Below the pieces are notes generated by a model, which saw nothing but the letters and a program-made list of their open reading frames with translations, was not told the DNA's origin and did no database searches. The translations under genes were made by a program, and so were the position numbers. A stretch of DNA of 64,000 nucleotides, from NCBI RefSeq assembly GCF_028368995.1, contig NZ_JAQNDL010000001.1, positions 2,560,001-2,624,000 of the forward strand. Reading direction: 5' to 3'. Of this stretch, positions 57,090 through 64,000 are shown one piece after another. The first letter of the stretch is position 1. Every line of letters starts with the position of its first letter. Source of the DNA: Nannocystis bainbridge (lineage in GTDB: Bacteria > Myxococcota_A > Polyangia > Nannocystales > Nannocystaceae).

Positions 57090-57214
57090 CAAAGAATGAG
57101 ACCGTCTGCGTCCCCGAGCCGCGGACTCCTCGTCGCTCTCCGGAGTTGCAACGCGTCGTCCGCGTCGCGCACGAGCCGCCGCGCGAGGCCTCGCGCGACG
57201 GCCCGTCGCTCCTC

Positions 57215-58018
57215 TCAACCGCGACCGAGCGCGCGGCGGATCGCCGCCTCGACCGGCACGTAGTCGCCGTCCGCCCGCTCGAGCTGGAACGGCTCGCGCG
57301 GCAACAGGGGTGGCTGCGCGAGGAATCGCGGCCGCGCCCCGCGGTGAGGCTGCGCCGAGTGGACCAGGAACGGGTGGCACAGGTACACCGTCCCGGCAGC
57401 GCCGACCGCCAGCGCCTCGGGCAGATGCGCCGACCCGGCGAACCCGTCGGCCGCGAGCTCGCCCAGGCTCAGCCCCGCCTCGCCGGCCGGCGCCAGTTGC
57501 TGCGCGATCGCCAGGTGCGAGCCGACCCGGATCCGCGTCGGCGCGTCGTCCTCGCCGACGTCGGAGAACAGGAACAACATCAGCAGCGCGCGCCCCTTCG
57601 AGGCGATGTTGGTGCGCCAGGCCATGAAGTCCGGGTTCGCGAGGCCGAAGCTGGCGTCGACGTGCCAGCCCGCGTCGCCTGGATCGGTCGGCGACGGGAA
57701 GCGCACCGGGAACGTGCCGAGCATCCCGCAGGGCGACCAGCGACCGCGCCCGACCAGCCGGTCGAAGGCGTCGCGCAGCACCGCCGTGTTCGCGGCGGCG
57801 ACGAACGGCGGCTGACCGTACATGCCGAGCCGGATCACCGGCCGCGACCAGGTCGTGGGGTCGTCGGGGTCGCAGCCGGTGTCGCGCCAGAGGATCGCGC
57901 GGGCCTCGTCGGCGAGCTCGTGCGGGAAGGCGTGGTCGATGCGGACGAAGCCGTCGCTGATGAATTTCTCGATGTCCGCGTCGCCGAGCGCGCGGAAGGA
58001 ATTGTCGTGGGCAGTCAT
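57215..58018 (-). CDS. PhyH-like Fe(II)/2-oxoglutarate dioxygenase
   Basis: FISDGFVRI, WHVD, TRIRVGSH and GTVYLCHPFLVH...R (HxD...H triad). GGAGAG RBS. Confidence 0.85.
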   Translation of the reverse strand: MTAHDNSFRALGDADIEKFISDGFVRIDHAFPHELADEARAILWRDTGCDPDDPTTWSRPVIRLGMYGQPPFVAAANTAVLRDAFDRLVGRGRWSPCGMLGTFPVRFPSPTDPGDAGWHVDASFGLANPDFMAWRTNIASKGRALLMLFLFSDVGEDDAPTRIRVGSHLAIAQQLAPAGEAGLSLGELAADGFAGSAHLPEALAVGAAGTVYLCHPFLVHSAQPHRGARPRFLAQPPLLPREPFQLERADGDYVPVEAAIRRALGRG

Positions 58019-58118
58019 GTGAAGTCTCTCCGATCGCGCCGACCCGCCGCGCCGCGGGGCGCGTGAGGGCCGGCAGTTCAGCCGTGGGCGCCGGGCGCCC
58101 GGTTCGAAGCGAGGGGCT

Positions 58119-58163
58119 TCAAACGCCTTGGAAGAAGGCCGAAGCGATCGTGAACATCATCAT
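58119..58163 (-). CDS. Putative leader peptide MMMFTIASAFFQGV
   Basis: Reads ATG ATG ATG TTC ACG ATC GCT TCG GCC TTC TTC CAA GGC GTT TGA. TAGGGT lies 9 nt upstream and hairpins lie downstream. Confidence 0.5.
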   Translation of the reverse strand: MMMFTIASAFFQGV

Positions 58164-58564
58164 GTCGCGTCCACCCTAGCCGACCCGGGCCCGCGGTTCA
58201 AGCCGCCGCCGCGGTCGTCGAACTTCATGTCTCATGGGACATGTTTTAGTTCGGCACCTCTCCCGCGAGCAGGCGCGCACGGCGACGAGAATGTCGGATG
58301 GGACATGTCCCGTCGACCATCCCATGTTTCGGCGAACGGCACCGGCCCACCCCGCGAGGACCTGCCCACCGCCGCGTCCGCTCGCCGCCGACGGCATGAA
58401 AGCGAGCGCCTCGTCCCCGCCCAATCGCGCGCCAGCGCCCGCGGCGACGACCTCGCGCAAAACGCCCTCCAGCGGCCCCGGCGGGCGCCTCCCCGCCGGT
58501 TCGGATGGTCCGCTCCAGATAACGCAGCTCGCGTATACGAGCCCTGCAACCCCGGGCGAACACC

Positions 58565-58984
58565 ATGGCCTTCGACAGCGACACCCTCAACTCGATCTAC
58601 GCGTCCACTCAGGGCTTCTGTCATCGTTGCCGCCGCAAGCTCGCGTTCTCGCGGTTCGGTTGCGACGACGGTCGCGGCGCCTGGGACATCGACGCCGTCC
58701 GTCCGCACCCCAAGGTCACCGCCTTGCTGCCGGGCTGCCTGCGCTGCGTGCAGAAGCCGACCCCACGGCGCGTGCCGAGGCGAACCTCCGCACCGGCGCC
58801 CGCGGTCGTCGTCGACAAAAAGCCGGCCGCGAGCGAACCCCATGGCGAGCCGCCCGGGACCTCCGACGAGCCGCCGATCGGCGACACCGCCCTCGTCGGC
58901 GGCGCCGCCGGGGCCGTGCTCGGCGGCCTGTGGGGCGCCGTGCTCGGCGGCCTCATCGCCATCGGCCTCCAGCTGTGGGGCTGA
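58565..58984 (+). CDS. Degenerate HNH-like zinc-finger protein with glycine-zipper tail
   Basis: CHRC...GAWDIDA...LLPGCLRC, then GGAAGAVLGGLWGAVLGGLI. Confidence 0.7.
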   Translation: MAFDSDTLNSIYASTQGFCHRCRRKLAFSRFGCDDGRGAWDIDAVRPHPKVTALLPGCLRCVQKPTPRRVPRRTSAPAPAVVVDKKPAASEPHGEPPGTSDEPPIGDTALVGGAAGAVLGGLWGAVLGGLIAIGLQLWG

Positions 58985-59028
58985 TTTTTAAAGACATGGC
59001 TTGAAGGACATATCGCTTATCTGACCTG

Positions 59029-59063
59029 ACCCGTGCGAGCTCGGCACCCGAGCTCGCACGGGT
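59029..59063. terminator. Perfect 16-bp hairpin between convergent genes
   Basis: ACCCGTGCGAGCTCGG-CAC-CCGAGCTCGCACGGGT followed by TCCTT. Confidence 0.75.
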
Positions 59064-59091
59064 TCCTTGCGCTCGACCGACGAGCGGTCGC

Positions 59092-59457
59092 TCAGCCGGG
59101 CACGAACTCGAACGGGTAGCTCACCTGCACCCAGCCGTCGCTGGACGCCGGGAACTTCCACGTCTGCACGGCCGCCGCCACGCAGCTCTCGACCTTCGCG
59201 TCGGCGATCGTCGAGCCTTGCTGGATCTGGCTACTGCTGACCTCCCCGCTGGGGACGATCTCGAAGTCCACCGTCAGCTTGCCGGCCAGCGTCGGTTTGC
59301 GCGCCAGGCCCTCGTCATAACATTGGCGGACCTCCTGGAGGTGCGTTTGCACGACCTCGCGGATCTCCTCCTTGTCGAGCGGGACGCCGCCGGCCTGGGC
59401 CGGGCCCGTCGCCGTCACGATCGTGGTGATGAGCCCTGCTGAAAACAATCTGCGCAT
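59092..59457 (-). CDS. Secreted AgmX/PglI C-terminal (TonB_C-like) domain protein
   Basis: Signal peptide and IREVVQTHLQEVRQCY...LAGKLTVDFEI..SG...CV....WKFP...VSYPF. CAGGAG RBS. Confidence 0.9.
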   Translation of the reverse strand: MRRLFSAGLITTIVTATGPAQAGGVPLDKEEIREVVQTHLQEVRQCYDEGLARKPTLAGKLTVDFEIVPSGEVSSSQIQQGSTIADAKVESCVAAAVQTWKFPASSDGWVQVSYPFEFVPG

Positions 59458-59484
59458 GATGTCGTGTCTCCTGTTCGCTCCGTC

Positions 59485-59511
59485 TCACGAGCCCGCGAGC
59501 GCGGAGTTCCC
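59485..59511 (-). promoter_or_regulatory. Putative ECF promoter GGGAAC-N16-CGTGA for the AgmX/PglI gene
   Basis: Minus strand reads GGGAAC (59511-59506), 16 nt, CGTGA (59489-59485). Confidence 0.7.
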
Positions 59512-59680
59512 GGGCCTGTGATCTTGTCGCCTGCCTCGATCCGCCGACGCCCGCGACTTACGAGACCCGCGGGTCGACGCGCATCTCCGGAGATCGTCAG
59601 CGGCTCGGGGCCACGGGCGCACGCGCGCATGGCCCTGGAACCCCGCCAAACAGCCCTTCTCGTGCTTTTTTGCGCCGATC

Positions 59681-59707
59681 GGGAACCCGCGGCGGCCCCG
59701 CCCGTGA
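59681..59707 (+). promoter_or_regulatory. Putative autoregulatory ECF promoter GGGAAC-N16-CGTGA
   Basis: GGGAAC 59681-59686, 16 nt, CGTGA 59703-59707, ending 9 nt before the sigma GTG. Confidence 0.7.
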
Positions 59708-59716
59708 CACCCTCCC

Positions 59717-60328
59717 GTGACCGCCCTCGCCTCGCGGGACCCTGACGCCGTGCAGCCCCGACCACCGCCCGACGAGCTCGACGAACTCACCCTGGCCCGC
59801 GCGCAGCGGGGTGACGCGAGGGCGCGCAGGGACCTCGTGGTGCGCTACCAGCGGCCGGTGTTCGCCCTGCTGTCGCGCATGCTGCACGGGCGAGCCGCCG
59901 CGCCGCTGGTCGAGGACCTGGCCCAGGAGACCTTCTTGCGGGTGTTTCGCGCCCTCGAGGGCTTCGATCGCCGCGGCCCGGCGCGGCTCTCGACCTGGAT
60001 CTTGACGATCGCCAGCCGGCTGGCGATCGACGAATTGCGGCGGCGCCGGCCCGAGGTCGCCCCGATCGATCCGTCCGCCGAGCCTGCGGGCCACGCCGCC
60101 GCCGACGCCGACGCCGAGCGCGTGCGTCTGGCCGCTGCCCTGCAGCACGCGATCGACGATCTGTCCCCCGAGTTCCGCGCCGCCTTTATGCTGCGCGAGT
60201 ACCACGAGCTCGAATACTCCGAGATCGCCGACAACCTGCAGGTCGATCTCGGCACCGTGAAGTCTCGACTGTCTCGCGCTCGCGCCGCCCTGCGCCGCGC
60301 CCTGGAGGAGGTGTACCGTGCACGATGA
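59717..60328 (+). CDS. ECF RNA polymerase sigma factor
   Basis: Region 2 EDLAQETFLRVF...LSTWILTIA and region 4 LEYSEIA...GTVKSRLSRAR. Confidence 0.94.
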   Translation: MTALASRDPDAVQPRPPPDELDELTLARAQRGDARARRDLVVRYQRPVFALLSRMLHGRAAAPLVEDLAQETFLRVFRALEGFDRRGPARLSTWILTIASRLAIDELRRRRPEVAPIDPSAEPAGHAAADADAERVRLAAALQHAIDDLSPEFRAAFMLREYHELEYSEIADNLQVDLGTVKSRLSRARAALRRALEEVYRAR

Positions 60329-62021
60329 ACCCCGCACCGACGCCGAGCGCCGCGCCCTCGCGGCGTTCACCGCTGCCGAGCCGCCGCCCGACTTCGCCGA
60401 CCGCGTGCTCGCGGCCGTCGCCGCCGAGGGCCAGCGCGAGCCCGGACATGTCCCGCTCGGCCGCCTGTTCGGCCTCGGCTGGCCCCGCCTCGCCGGCGTC
60501 GCCGCGGCCGGGGTCGTCGCCGTCGCCGTCGCTGCGGTCGCCGCCGCGTCCGCCGGCTGGATGCCCGCATGGACAGGTCTCTCGCGACATGTCCCCGAGG
60601 TCATGCCCGCCGAGCCCGCGCGCGACGACGCCCCGGTGACCGCGGCTCTGCCCCCGGGCCCGCCGACGCCAGCGCTGGCGCTGCCGGCCGACCTCGCGGA
60701 CCGCGTCGACGCCTACGTCGGCGCGTTCGGCCGCAACTACGGCGACGCCTTCAAGTTCCACGGCGTGGTCGGCGTGGTCAAGGACGGCGAGCTGGTGCTG
60801 ACCCGCGGCTACGGCCGGGCCGACATCGAGCGCGACAGCCCGATCGACGCCGACACGAAGTTCAAGATCGGCTCGCTGACCCAGACCTTCACCGCAGTGG
60901 CGGTGCTGCAGCTGCGCGACCGCGGCCTCGTCGACCTCGACGCACCTGTCCGCAAGTACATCCCCGACTATCCGGCGCTCGGCAACCGGATCACCGTGCG
61001 CCACCTGCTCACCCACACCTCGGGGATCCCCAGCTACACCGACGCGGCCGTGTTCGCGGTCGGGCACACGCGCGCCGTCGCGGCCGCCGACGTGCGGGCG
61101 ATCTTCCAGGACATCGAGCTGGAGTTCGCGCCGGGCACCGACTTCGACCTCAGCAACTCGGGTTATTTCATGCTCGGGCTGTTGGTCGAGCAGGTCGCGC
61201 GCCAGCCGTTCGCCGACTACCTGCGGGAGAACGTGCTCGCGCCCGCGGGTATGAAGAACAGCGGGGTCGGCCTCGCCGCGACCGCGCTCGGCCACGAGTT
61301 CGACGAGAACGAGGTGCTCGTGCCCGCGGCGCAGCGCCATCCTTCGGCCTACGGCGCGGCCGCCGGCATGGTCTCGACCGCCGCCGACCTGGCCCGCTGG
61401 GACCGCGCCCTGCGCACCCCGGGCCTCGTGCTGGCGCAGAAGAGCCTCGACGAGATGACGACCGTCGTGCGCGACGAGTACGGCATGGGCTGGTTCGTGC
61501 GCACCGACGCCACCGGACCTATCGCCTGGCACCCCGGCGGCGTCGAGGGTTACAACGCCACGATCGCCCGCTTCCTCGGCGACGGCGTGACCGTGTTCGT
61601 GCTGGCCAACACCGAGGCCGTCGACACCCGCGCGATCGCCTACGACGTGGCGCAGATCGCCCACGGCGGCGACGTCGCGCCGCCGCGCGAGTACGACGAG
61701 ATCCGGCTTTCGAGCGCGCAGCTCGGTCGCTACGTCGGCACCTTCGCGTTGACCGAGACGTCGCACAAGCAGCTGAAGGGCTTGGTCGAGGACGGCGAGC
61801 TCCTGGCGATCGAGCAGGTCCGCGTGTTCCGCACCGGCGACCGCCTGTGGATGAACGTGCCGGAGCACGGCGACAAATGGATGCACTTCATGGGCGACGA
61901 CCGGTTCTTCTTCAAAGATCCGTCGGCCACGATCGCCGAGTTCGGGCCTCCGGGCGCCCCCGTCGCTCATCTCACGCTGCAGTCCGGGGAACTGCGTTTC
62001 ATCCTCAAGAAGAAGGAGTGA
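60318..62021 (+). CDS. Putative anti-sigma factor fused to a beta-lactamase/serine-hydrolase-family domain
   Basis: Overlaps the sigma stop. N-terminal PPPDFADRVL plus a transmembrane helix, then F.IGSLTQ, LLTHTSG, F.PG..FDLSNSGY and WHPGG. Confidence 0.85.
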   Translation: MHDEPRTDAERRALAAFTAAEPPPDFADRVLAAVAAEGQREPGHVPLGRLFGLGWPRLAGVAAAGVVAVAVAAVAAASAGWMPAWTGLSRHVPEVMPAEPARDDAPVTAALPPGPPTPALALPADLADRVDAYVGAFGRNYGDAFKFHGVVGVVKDGELVLTRGYGRADIERDSPIDADTKFKIGSLTQTFTAVAVLQLRDRGLVDLDAPVRKYIPDYPALGNRITVRHLLTHTSGIPSYTDAAVFAVGHTRAVAAADVRAIFQDIELEFAPGTDFDLSNSGYFMLGLLVEQVARQPFADYLRENVLAPAGMKNSGVGLAATALGHEFDENEVLVPAAQRHPSAYGAAAGMVSTAADLARWDRALRTPGLVLAQKSLDEMTTVVRDEYGMGWFVRTDATGPIAWHPGGVEGYNATIARFLGDGVTVFVLANTEAVDTRAIAYDVAQIAHGGDVAPPREYDEIRLSSAQLGRYVGTFALTETSHKQLKGLVEDGELLAIEQVRVFRTGDRLWMNVPEHGDKWMHFMGDDRFFFKDPSATIAEFGPPGAPVAHLTLQSGELRFILKKKE

Positions 62022-62073
62022 TCCGCAGTAATCCGCAGCGAGCCGGCGAGCCGCAGCGGGCGCCGAGCGATAT

Positions 62074-62103
62074 TTGACAACGCCGCGCCGGCGCTCGTAT
62101 CGT
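62074..62103 (+). promoter_or_regulatory. sigma70-type promoter
   Basis: TTGACA (62074-62079), 18 nt, TATCGT (62098-62103). Confidence 0.6.
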
Positions 62104-62124
62104 GCCGGCTGGGGGATCTGCTCA

Positions 62125-62862
62125 ATGTCCAAACGTTCTGTACTCTCGGGCCATGTCGTGACGCGCAGCTTGATGTTCGCCCTGCCGTGGGCGCTCCTGG
62201 CCGCGCCCGCTTGCGACGGCGGCGAGCGCAAGTCGATCGCCGACCAGATCGGTCCGCCGACCAAGAAGCTGTCGGAGCTCAAGCAGGACAGCGGCGTGTC
62301 GGATGAGGAGCTGGCGCGCCGCCGCAAGGAGGCCGGCTTCAAGACCAAGTCCGAGGTCGACGCCGAGCTGGCGGCCGAGAACGCCAAGGAGATGGAGAAG
62401 TCCGAGCGCGAGTGGATCAAGACGCGCATCAAGGAGTACAAGCAGCTCGACGTCGACACCCGCAAGTTCATCGACGACGTCGAGAAAGAGGCCGGCAAGT
62501 GGGCCGCCGCCAAGGACCCGCAGAAGGCCGCCGACAAGGGCGTCAAGCCGCTGCAGGACCGCTTCAAGGCGCTGATCAAGCAGATCGACAAGCTGTCCGA
62601 GCGCAGCACCAAGGGCGGCAACACCCAGGCCAGCTACAACAAGCTGTTCCGCCCGCTCGAGGAGGTCGCGAACAACCTCGGGCCGGCGATCGCCAGCGAG
62701 GCCGGGTTCACCGAGGCCCTCAAGAACGCGCGCACCGAGCTCGATGGGCTCGACAAGGCGCTCGAGGAGATCGAGAAGGACGAGACCCTCACGGTCAACA
62801 AGTTCAAAGACGGCGAGGGTGAGGGCGACGCCGAGGCCAAGGACGCGAAGAAGAAGAAGTAA
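62125..62862 (+). CDS. Lys/Glu-rich coiled-coil lipoprotein
   Basis: LLAAPAC lipobox-like signal, charged helical body and strongly biased codons. Confidence 0.8.
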   Translation: MSKRSVLSGHVVTRSLMFALPWALLAAPACDGGERKSIADQIGPPTKKLSELKQDSGVSDEELARRRKEAGFKTKSEVDAELAAENAKEMEKSEREWIKTRIKEYKQLDVDTRKFIDDVEKEAGKWAAAKDPQKAADKGVKPLQDRFKALIKQIDKLSERSTKGGNTQASYNKLFRPLEEVANNLGPAIASEAGFTEALKNARTELDGLDKALEEIEKDETLTVNKFKDGEGEGDAEAKDAKKKK

Positions 62863-63000
62863 GGGCGAGCGCCGCCGCGCGCGCCCTGGCGCGATTTCTC
62901 CAGGGCGGCCTCCATCCCTCTCCGTCACGCCCCTCCCGTCCGCGCGCAGGCGTTTGCGGGCGGCGGACAGCGGTTCGGTCGCGTATCCTCCCGGCCACCG

Positions 63001-64000
63001 ATGTCCGCCGTCACCATCGCGCTGTTCGTCCTCGGCCTCGTCCTCCTCGTCGTCGGCGCCGAGCTGCTGGTCGGGGGCGCCGCGCGCCTGGCCGCGCGCC
63101 TCGGCATCTCGCCGCTGGTCATCGGCCTGACGGTGGTCGCCTTCGGCACCTCGGCGCCGGAGCTGGCCGTCTCGGTCAGCGCCGCGATGTCGGCCGACGG
63201 CGCCGACGTGGCGCTCGGCAACGTCGTCGGCAGCAATATCTTCAACGTCCTGTTCATCCTCGGCGTCTCGGCCCTGATCGCGCCGCTGCTGGTCCAGCGC
63301 CAGCTGGTCCGCTTCGACGTGCCGCTGATGATCGTCGCCAGCGGCGCGTGCTGGCTGATGGCGCTCGACGGCAACATCGGCCGCGTCGACGGCATCCTCC
63401 TGTTCGCCGCCCTGCTGGTCTACACCTTCATGCTGCTGCGGATCGCCCGCCGCGCCGGCGACAGCAGCGAGGAGGAGGTGCCGCTCGCCAAGCCCGGCAG
63501 CGCGACGGCGAAGGTGCCTGTCCAATTGGCCATGTTGGTGGCGGGCCTGGCGATGCTGGTGCTCGGCTCGGGCTGGCTGGTCGACGGCGCGGTCGCGTTC
63601 GCCCGCCTGTTCGGGGTCAGCGAGCTGGTCATCGGCCTGACGATCGTCGCCGCCGGGACCTCGCTGCCCGAGGTCGCGACGTCGGTGCTGGCGGCGATCC
63701 GCGGCCAGCGCGACATCGCCGTCGGCAACGTCGTCGGCAGCTGCATCTTCAACATCTTCTGCGTCCTCGGCATCAGCGCCGCGGTCGCCCCAGGCGGCGT
63801 CACCGTGGCCCCGGCCGCGCTGGCCTTCGACATCCCGGTGATGACCGCGGTCGCCATCTCCTGCTTGCCGCTGTTCCTCACCGGCGGCGGCCTGGCCCGC
63901 TGGGAGGGCGCGCTGTTCCTGTTCTACTACGTCGCCTACACGGCCTACTTGATCCTCGCGTCGCAGCAGCACGAGGCGCTGGCGACCTACGGCATGGCGA
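63001..64000 (+). CDS. Calcium/sodium (CaCA, YrbG-like) antiporter, runs off the window
   Basis: Two alpha repeats, GTSAPE...GNVVGSNIFN and GTSLPE...GNVVGSCIFN. Not in the ORF track because there is no stop codon. Confidence 0.93.
   Translation, partial: MSAVTIALFVLGLVLLVVGAELLVGGAARLAARLGISPLVIGLTVVAFGTSAPELAVSVSAAMSADGADVALGNVVGSNIFNVLFILGVSALIAPLLVQRQLVRFDVPLMIVASGACWLMALDGNIGRVDGILLFAALLVYTFMLLRIARRAGDSSEEEVPLAKPGSATAKVPVQLAMLVAGLAMLVLGSGWLVDGAVAFARLFGVSELVIGLTIVAAGTSLPEVATSVLAAIRGQRDIAVGNVVGSCIFNIFCVLGISAAVAPGGVTVAPAALAFDIPVMTAVAISCLPLFLTGGGLARWEGALFLFYYVAYTAYLILASQQHEALATYGMA

Noticed and set aside
62122-63972. 616-aa minus-strand ORF
   Set aside because: Antisense shadow of the coiled-coil lipoprotein and the Ca/Na antiporter.

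Overview
Very GC-rich (roughly 75% by eye) bacterial chromosomal window. Gene content points to a myxobacterium, probably Nannocystis-like (inference from the AgmX/PglI domain, FHA-type Fis regulator, Uma2 paralogs and Thr/Ser-rich lipoproteins). It holds about 55 credible CDS. These include glnS (partial), rpsT, ridA, a cyclophilin, coaX, an Lhr helicase, a PrkA-type ATPase/kinase, crtI-crtB, a P450, an Fe-ADH, SulP, a Ca/Na antiporter (partial), two GT-C-type membrane glycosyltransferases and many lipoproteins. I see no rRNA, tRNA, CRISPR array or transposase. Four signals stand out. (1) A dispersed family of phased arrays of a palindromic decamer (RRRCATGYYY, core GACATGTC) with a strict 14-bp period, at more than 30 loci, both at convergent gene junctions and inside coding sequences. 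(2) An ECF sigma factor whose putative anti-sigma is fused to a beta-lactamase-family domain lacking two catalytic residues, with matching GGGAAC-N16-CGTGA promoters in front of the sigma gene and a divergent gene. (3) A 14-codon leader peptide with hairpins upstream of a PhyH-like dioxygenase. (4) Many genes with a TANNNT box just before the start codon, suggesting leaderless mRNAs. All product calls come from motif recognition by eye; no database searches were run.
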